A stretch of DNA of 63,635 bases, filler included, from Craspedostauros australis (taxonomy: Eukaryota): NCBI GenBank assembly GCA_030167865.1. It is 5 parts of 5 records of this genome, joined end to end, with 100 filler letters (N's around TTAATTAATTAA, not from the genome) between each part and the next. Parts side by side here need not be neighbours in the genome. Positions count along the whole stretch, not along the records: positions 58,530 to 63,635 come from JALAGF010005638.1; 4 more parts are not named here. One strand, given 5' to 3'. This document shows, one piece after another, positions 59,826 to 63,635 of this stretch (the stretch's first letter is position 1; each line of letters opens with the position of its first letter). The notes below the pieces were generated by a model. The model was given only the letters and a program-made list of their open reading frames with translations. It was not told where the DNA came from and did no database searches. A program made the position numbers and the translations under genes.

Positions 59826-62639
59826 TTAGGTGCAGGTGGCTGGGCAAGAGCTGCCGGAGGCAATTTCCAAGGTGGCAGTGAGAGGCGTGCAGGTGGAAGC
59901 CGATGATAAGTTGTATTGGCATTTGTTGCAGTTGTTGCTATCGTTGCACACGTTGTTGCCGAGGATGATGCCTGCGTTAAAGTAGTAGTCGAAGCCCAGG
60001 TGATAGCAGGAGTGCGCTGGCACGCAAGTACCATCACCAATCATTGTGTCTCCCCCGAACTGGTTCCGTGGGGGACTAGAGGAGTGAGAGTTGATGTACG
60101 CGCACGAATTGGTACCGACACAAGACCCGGCTCCCACGGTAGTGTCGGACACACGCTTGTTGTCGATACCGCCGGTGCCCTTGGTGGGTCCTATGGTCGC
60201 GAAGTCTCCTGCTCCAGCACCCATGGCATTGCAGGCTTTTTCTGCAGTACATGATTCTGCGCCAATTATGGCGTCGCCGTTGGAGAATTCCGCGAAGGAG
60301 GAGCATGATTTGTATCCAGTGCATGATCCTGGCCCAACGATGGAGGCCTTGTCACTTCCAGAGAAGTAGTTGAAGAAGGAGCATGCATAAGAGTCAGAAC
60401 TGCCATAGAGGCAGGATCCCTGGAAGATCATGGACTGAGTCTCGATCCTCTTACAAGCGTAGTCCCCGATGCAACTGTTGGATGCGATAGAGGCGATGCC
60501 AATCCATTTGCAGCCTTCGTATCCGGAGCAGCACGTGCGTCCTTCCTCCCCACACCAAACCCTGGCTTGACCATCGTGTCCCGTGAACATCTCACCAGTG
60601 GCAGCGGCGGCCGCGCTGAAGACCTCAAGGACACCGGTCTTTCCGCTGATAGAATTGAAGAGAGCGACGCCGTCAGCAATGCTTGCCTGGTTTTCGAAGA
60701 TCCCGAGGAGATCAGGTTCGTTTTGGATAGTGGAGAGAAGGATCCTTCCCTCCTCTGTGCCTGGTGTTCCGAGAGCAAACAGAAATGTCAGGGCAGTTGG
60801 GGCGCTGGTTGGCGCCGAGGTCGGTGCTGAAGTCGGAGCAGTGGGGGCCGATGAAGCAGTGGGGGACGAAGTTGGTGCACTTGTTGGAGCCGAAGTCGGC
60901 GCGCTGGTTGGGGCACTTGTTGGAGCCGAAGTCGGCGCGCTGGTCGGGGCACTTGTTGGAGCCGAAGTCGGTGCGCTGGTCGGGGCACTTGTTGGAGCCG
61001 AAGTCGGTGCGCTGGTCGGGGCACTTGTTGGAGCCGAAGTCGGCGTGCTGGTCGGTGCCGAAGTCGGTGCGCTGGTCGGTGCCGAGGTCGGCGAAGCAGT
61101 TGGAGCAGTAGGATCTGATGTGGGAGCTGATGTGGGAGCTGCTGTTGGAGTCGATGTTGGAGCTATTGTGAGAGGTGTTGGGAAAGGAGTGGGAGAAAAG
61201 GTTGGGCAGTCTGTGGGCAAGGTGTCCTTGCCAATGCAATACTCATCCACCTTGTCTCCTGTTGGATTGTTGTTGCTGTCGTTGCCTCCCTTTGGACAGG
61301 CCCCATCGACATCGCTGATGATGTAGACTTCGTCGGAGCCGCACTCTGTCTTCGTCATGCATCCCCTGCAGCCTTTGACACTGCTGCATCCACCAGGAGG
61401 GACGACGAGGTCGGTTGTCATCTTGTCATTGAAGCCCATCTTCTCGCATGACCCATCGGCGCCGCAACCACCAGCACCAATGGTCAGGCTGCCTGCACGC
61501 TTGCCAGCAGTACCATAGTTGACAGTGGAATGGGCATCTTTGCAGGCATTGCTGCCGACGCACGCATTCGCCCCGATGTCGATGTGGCTGCGGTTGTTGG
61601 AGAGGGCCTTCTGCACAACACGGCGTCCAGCTGCATTGCATGCGTCTGGCCCAACGCATGCACCGGTCTGGATGGTGACATCGCCATGAGAACGACGTCC
61701 CACTCCCTCACAAGATTGAGGGGTGGCACATGCCATCTCACCAACGAAGGTGACTCCTGTGATGGATGGGTTGATTTCATTTTCGTTCATCAACTCGCAT
61801 GCGCTCGCGCCAGTGCAGGAGGAATCGAGGATGAGCGGATTGGGTCCCATGTCCTTGCAGGCGCTGTCACCTGTGCATGCCGTGATGGCGACAGTCATGA
61901 ATGGAGGAGAGATGGAGGCGGAACCGGTGACTGAGGCGCATCCCGACGGTCCTTGGCAGCATGGGTCTGCAATGGCAGGCGATTGCATCGCAGCCATGGC
62001 CGCGCATGCTGCTTTCATGGCATCCGGACGTTCAGTGACGAGGGTTGCGTTGGTGGCAGCGACCAACGCCAACTGGCCAGCGAGTACGACGTTGGATGCG
62101 TACTTGTTGAAGAGCTTGCGTGCAGCTCCTTCGCCGAGGTCTCCTGCGCATCCGAAGAAGTTCTGCAGTTGTTCGGATTCCTTGACGGCGGCGATGGCTT
62201 CGCGGCAGGATGGCTTGGCAGAGTTACAGATGATGGTCTTGGCGCTTGTCTCTTGTTTTGTGAGGATGGTATTGCCATCAGGATTGCAGACAACGGAGAT
62301 AGTGGAATCGAAGATGGCTGGGGCAGCTGATGGTTTGGCAGTTGGTAGGAGGGTGGGCTGGGAGGTCGGCGAGGCAGTCAGCGACCCAGTAGGCAATGCG
62401 GTTGGCGCGGTTGTTTCTGCACCAGCTGAGTTTTCAGTGGGTGGCACTGAGTTGTTCTTGATGCCCTTGATGGCCTTCGTGGCGCCGTCGGAGTCCTTGA
62501 GGATTCGGGTCTTCTTCATCATCATGTGGAGTTCCTCGGTTGGATCCACAGGAGTCCTGTTGCCGCGGAGCACGGCGTCGACCGTCGCCGTGTCGGCGAG
62601 AGCGAGAAAGGTCGCGAAGGCTGCCTTGGTGTAGATCAT
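59826..62639 (-). CDS. Large secreted Cys-repeat, mucin-like extracellular protein
   Basis: Signal peptide from ATG 62639 (MIYTKAAFATFLALA), LRG and RIL motifs. Two domains of xCxGxxxC repeats separated by a long (PTSA)n tract. Confidence 0.88.
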   Translation of the reverse strand: MIYTKAAFATFLALADTATVDAVLRGNRTPVDPTEELHMMMKKTRILKDSDGATKAIKGIKNNSVPPTENSAGAETTAPTALPTGSLTASPTSQPTLLPTAKPSAAPAIFDSTISVVCNPDGNTILTKQETSAKTIICNSAKPSCREAIAAVKESEQLQNFFGCAGDLGEGAARKLFNKYASNVVLAGQLALVAATNATLVTERPDAMKAACAAMAAMQSPAIADPCCQGPSGCASVTGSASISPPFMTVAITACTGDSACKDMGPNPLILDSSCTGASACELMNENEINPSITGVTFVGEMACATPQSCEGVGRRSHGDVTIQTGACVGPDACNAAGRRVVQKALSNNRSHIDIGANACVGSNACKDAHSTVNYGTAGKRAGSLTIGAGGCGADGSCEKMGFNDKMTTDLVVPPGGCSSVKGCRGCMTKTECGSDEVYIISDVDGACPKGGNDSNNNPTGDKVDEYCIGKDTLPTDCPTFSPTPFPTPLTIAPTSTPTAAPTSAPTSDPTAPTASPTSAPTSAPTSAPTSTPTSAPTSAPTSAPTSAPTSAPTSAPTSAPTSAPTSAPTSAPTSAPTSAPTSAPTSAPTSSPTASSAPTAPTSAPTSAPTSAPTALTFLFALGTPGTEEGRILLSTIQNEPDLLGIFENQASIADGVALFNSISGKTGVLEVFSAAAAATGEMFTGHDGQARVWCGEEGRTCCSGYEGCKWIGIASIASNSCIGDYACKRIETQSMIFQGSCLYGSSDSYACSFFNYFSGSDKASIVGPGSCTGYKSCSSFAEFSNGDAIIGAESCTAEKACNAMGAGAGDFATIGPTKGTGGIDNKRVSDTTVGAGSCVGTNSCAYINSHSSSPPRNQFGGDTMIGDGTCVPAHSCYHLGFDYYFNAGIILGNNVCNDSNNCNKCQYNLSSASTCTPLTATLEIASGSSCPATCT

Positions 62640-62852
62640 GGTTGCTCGGTACTTGGTGGTTGGTGATTGATCGTTCAGGGTTGATCGTTGTTTGTTGGTG
62701 TTGTTGTTTGACAACTTCAACGGAGTTATGAAATGAAGAGTTTGATTTGTTGTTTGTTTGGACTATTTTGCTTGCATGTTCGACGTGTGCGTGAGGCAAC
62801 ATGGCGCGAGAATGGCGTGATGCCCAGGAGGCCGAGGCTCCTCCGCAGCTGG

Positions 62853-62911
62853 AACCTTCACAACCTGAAACCTTCACAACCTGAAACCTTCACAACCTGA
62901 AACCTTCACAA
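62853..62911 (+). repeat. 16-bp tandem repeat (AACCTTCACAACCTGA), about 3.7 copies, upstream of the Cys-repeat gene
   Basis: Seen directly. Confidence 0.9.
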
Positions 62912-63525
62912 CTGGTGACATCACCGTTGGATAGAAAGACTCCTTGGATCGATGCCGATGTCCAACAATTATGGTGCCGCGTGACCCTCCCCAACGTACA
63001 TCACATGTTGGGCCTGAACTATTAGACGTCCAAGCAAAGCGCATGCAAGCATGTTGGGACAAGTAGACATGGAACATGCCGCCCTTGCTCAACCCCACAT
63101 GCCATCATCTGTCGCCCTTCTTGATCCGCTGTTCTCGTCTGTACCAGGACAGGCCTTTGTCGCAGTCTGGTTTCCACAAGGGCACTCTCCATGTGTTTTG
63201 GCATGCAACACACAACACTCAACACGCAACCGCCACAACCCATTCGGTAAAACAACACTCTTGGAGTCGAGCAGCGGGAACAAGCATCAAGCTCTTGATC
63301 ACTCCAACGCAAGAACGCAAACGATGAATCGGTATCTGGGTTTGCGCCTTCCCCAGCAAAAAAAGGAGAGAGAAAAAAGACTCGCCAACTGTTCGGGCGA
63401 AAGGGTCTTTCGTGATCGTCGCCTCTGTGATGCAAGCACAATCAGGTTGTCGAAGCTCTTACGGAACAAGAGCTGAATGCACTTTGTAGGATCAAACACC
63501 GATTCGCATTTTGGTTGGCGTACGA

Positions 63526-63635
63526 CTAGTGTCTTTTGGCTTGGGCGGAGGCCAATTTTTTTGGTAACCATTGGTAACAATTGGTAACTAGTCGTATGAG
63601 TCAATTTAGCCGTAGACGCTGGTACATTTTGTACG
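63526..63635. mobile_element. Second copy of the repeat terminus at 24635-24754, truncated by the window edge
   Basis: Near-identical to the first ~110 bp of that copy. Confidence 0.8.

Overview
Eukaryotic draft-assembly window, most likely from a (pennate) diatom. This is inferred from short GT-AG introns, PTxxPT mucin-like linkers, RxL/LRG motifs and diatom-type Copia and DDE elements. It has many N gaps and four artificial TTAATTAATTAA contig linkers, so adjacency across those points is unreliable. Left to right: (1) a decayed Ty1/Copia LTR retrotransposon with an unusually long Gag-protease insert; (2) two short disordered ORFs sharing an acidic amphipathic helix; (3) a membrane-anchored TylF plus class-I double methyltransferase; (4) a ~305-bp inverted repeat whose arms each carry an intact tRNA-Leu(CAA); (5) a mariner-like transposase pseudogene next to a dispersed repeat end that recurs at the window end; (6) three intron-containing secreted S8 subtilisin paralogues around an MpaB/Lcp-like oxygenase; (7) a SET-domain gene, an At5g03900-like gene, RPL18A and SUMO; (8) a TE nest of Harbinger-like, Copia and piggyBac-like pieces with ATAT-flanked ends around an ankyrin gene; (9) a large secreted Cys-repeat/mucin protein. 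Best leads: the repeat end whose two different flanks both complement an internal motif, the ATAT-flanked piggyBac-like ends with nested palindromes, the tRNA-bearing inverted repeat, the putative Golgi double O-methyltransferase and the domain-swapped subtilisin cluster. All assignments are by eye; no searches were run.
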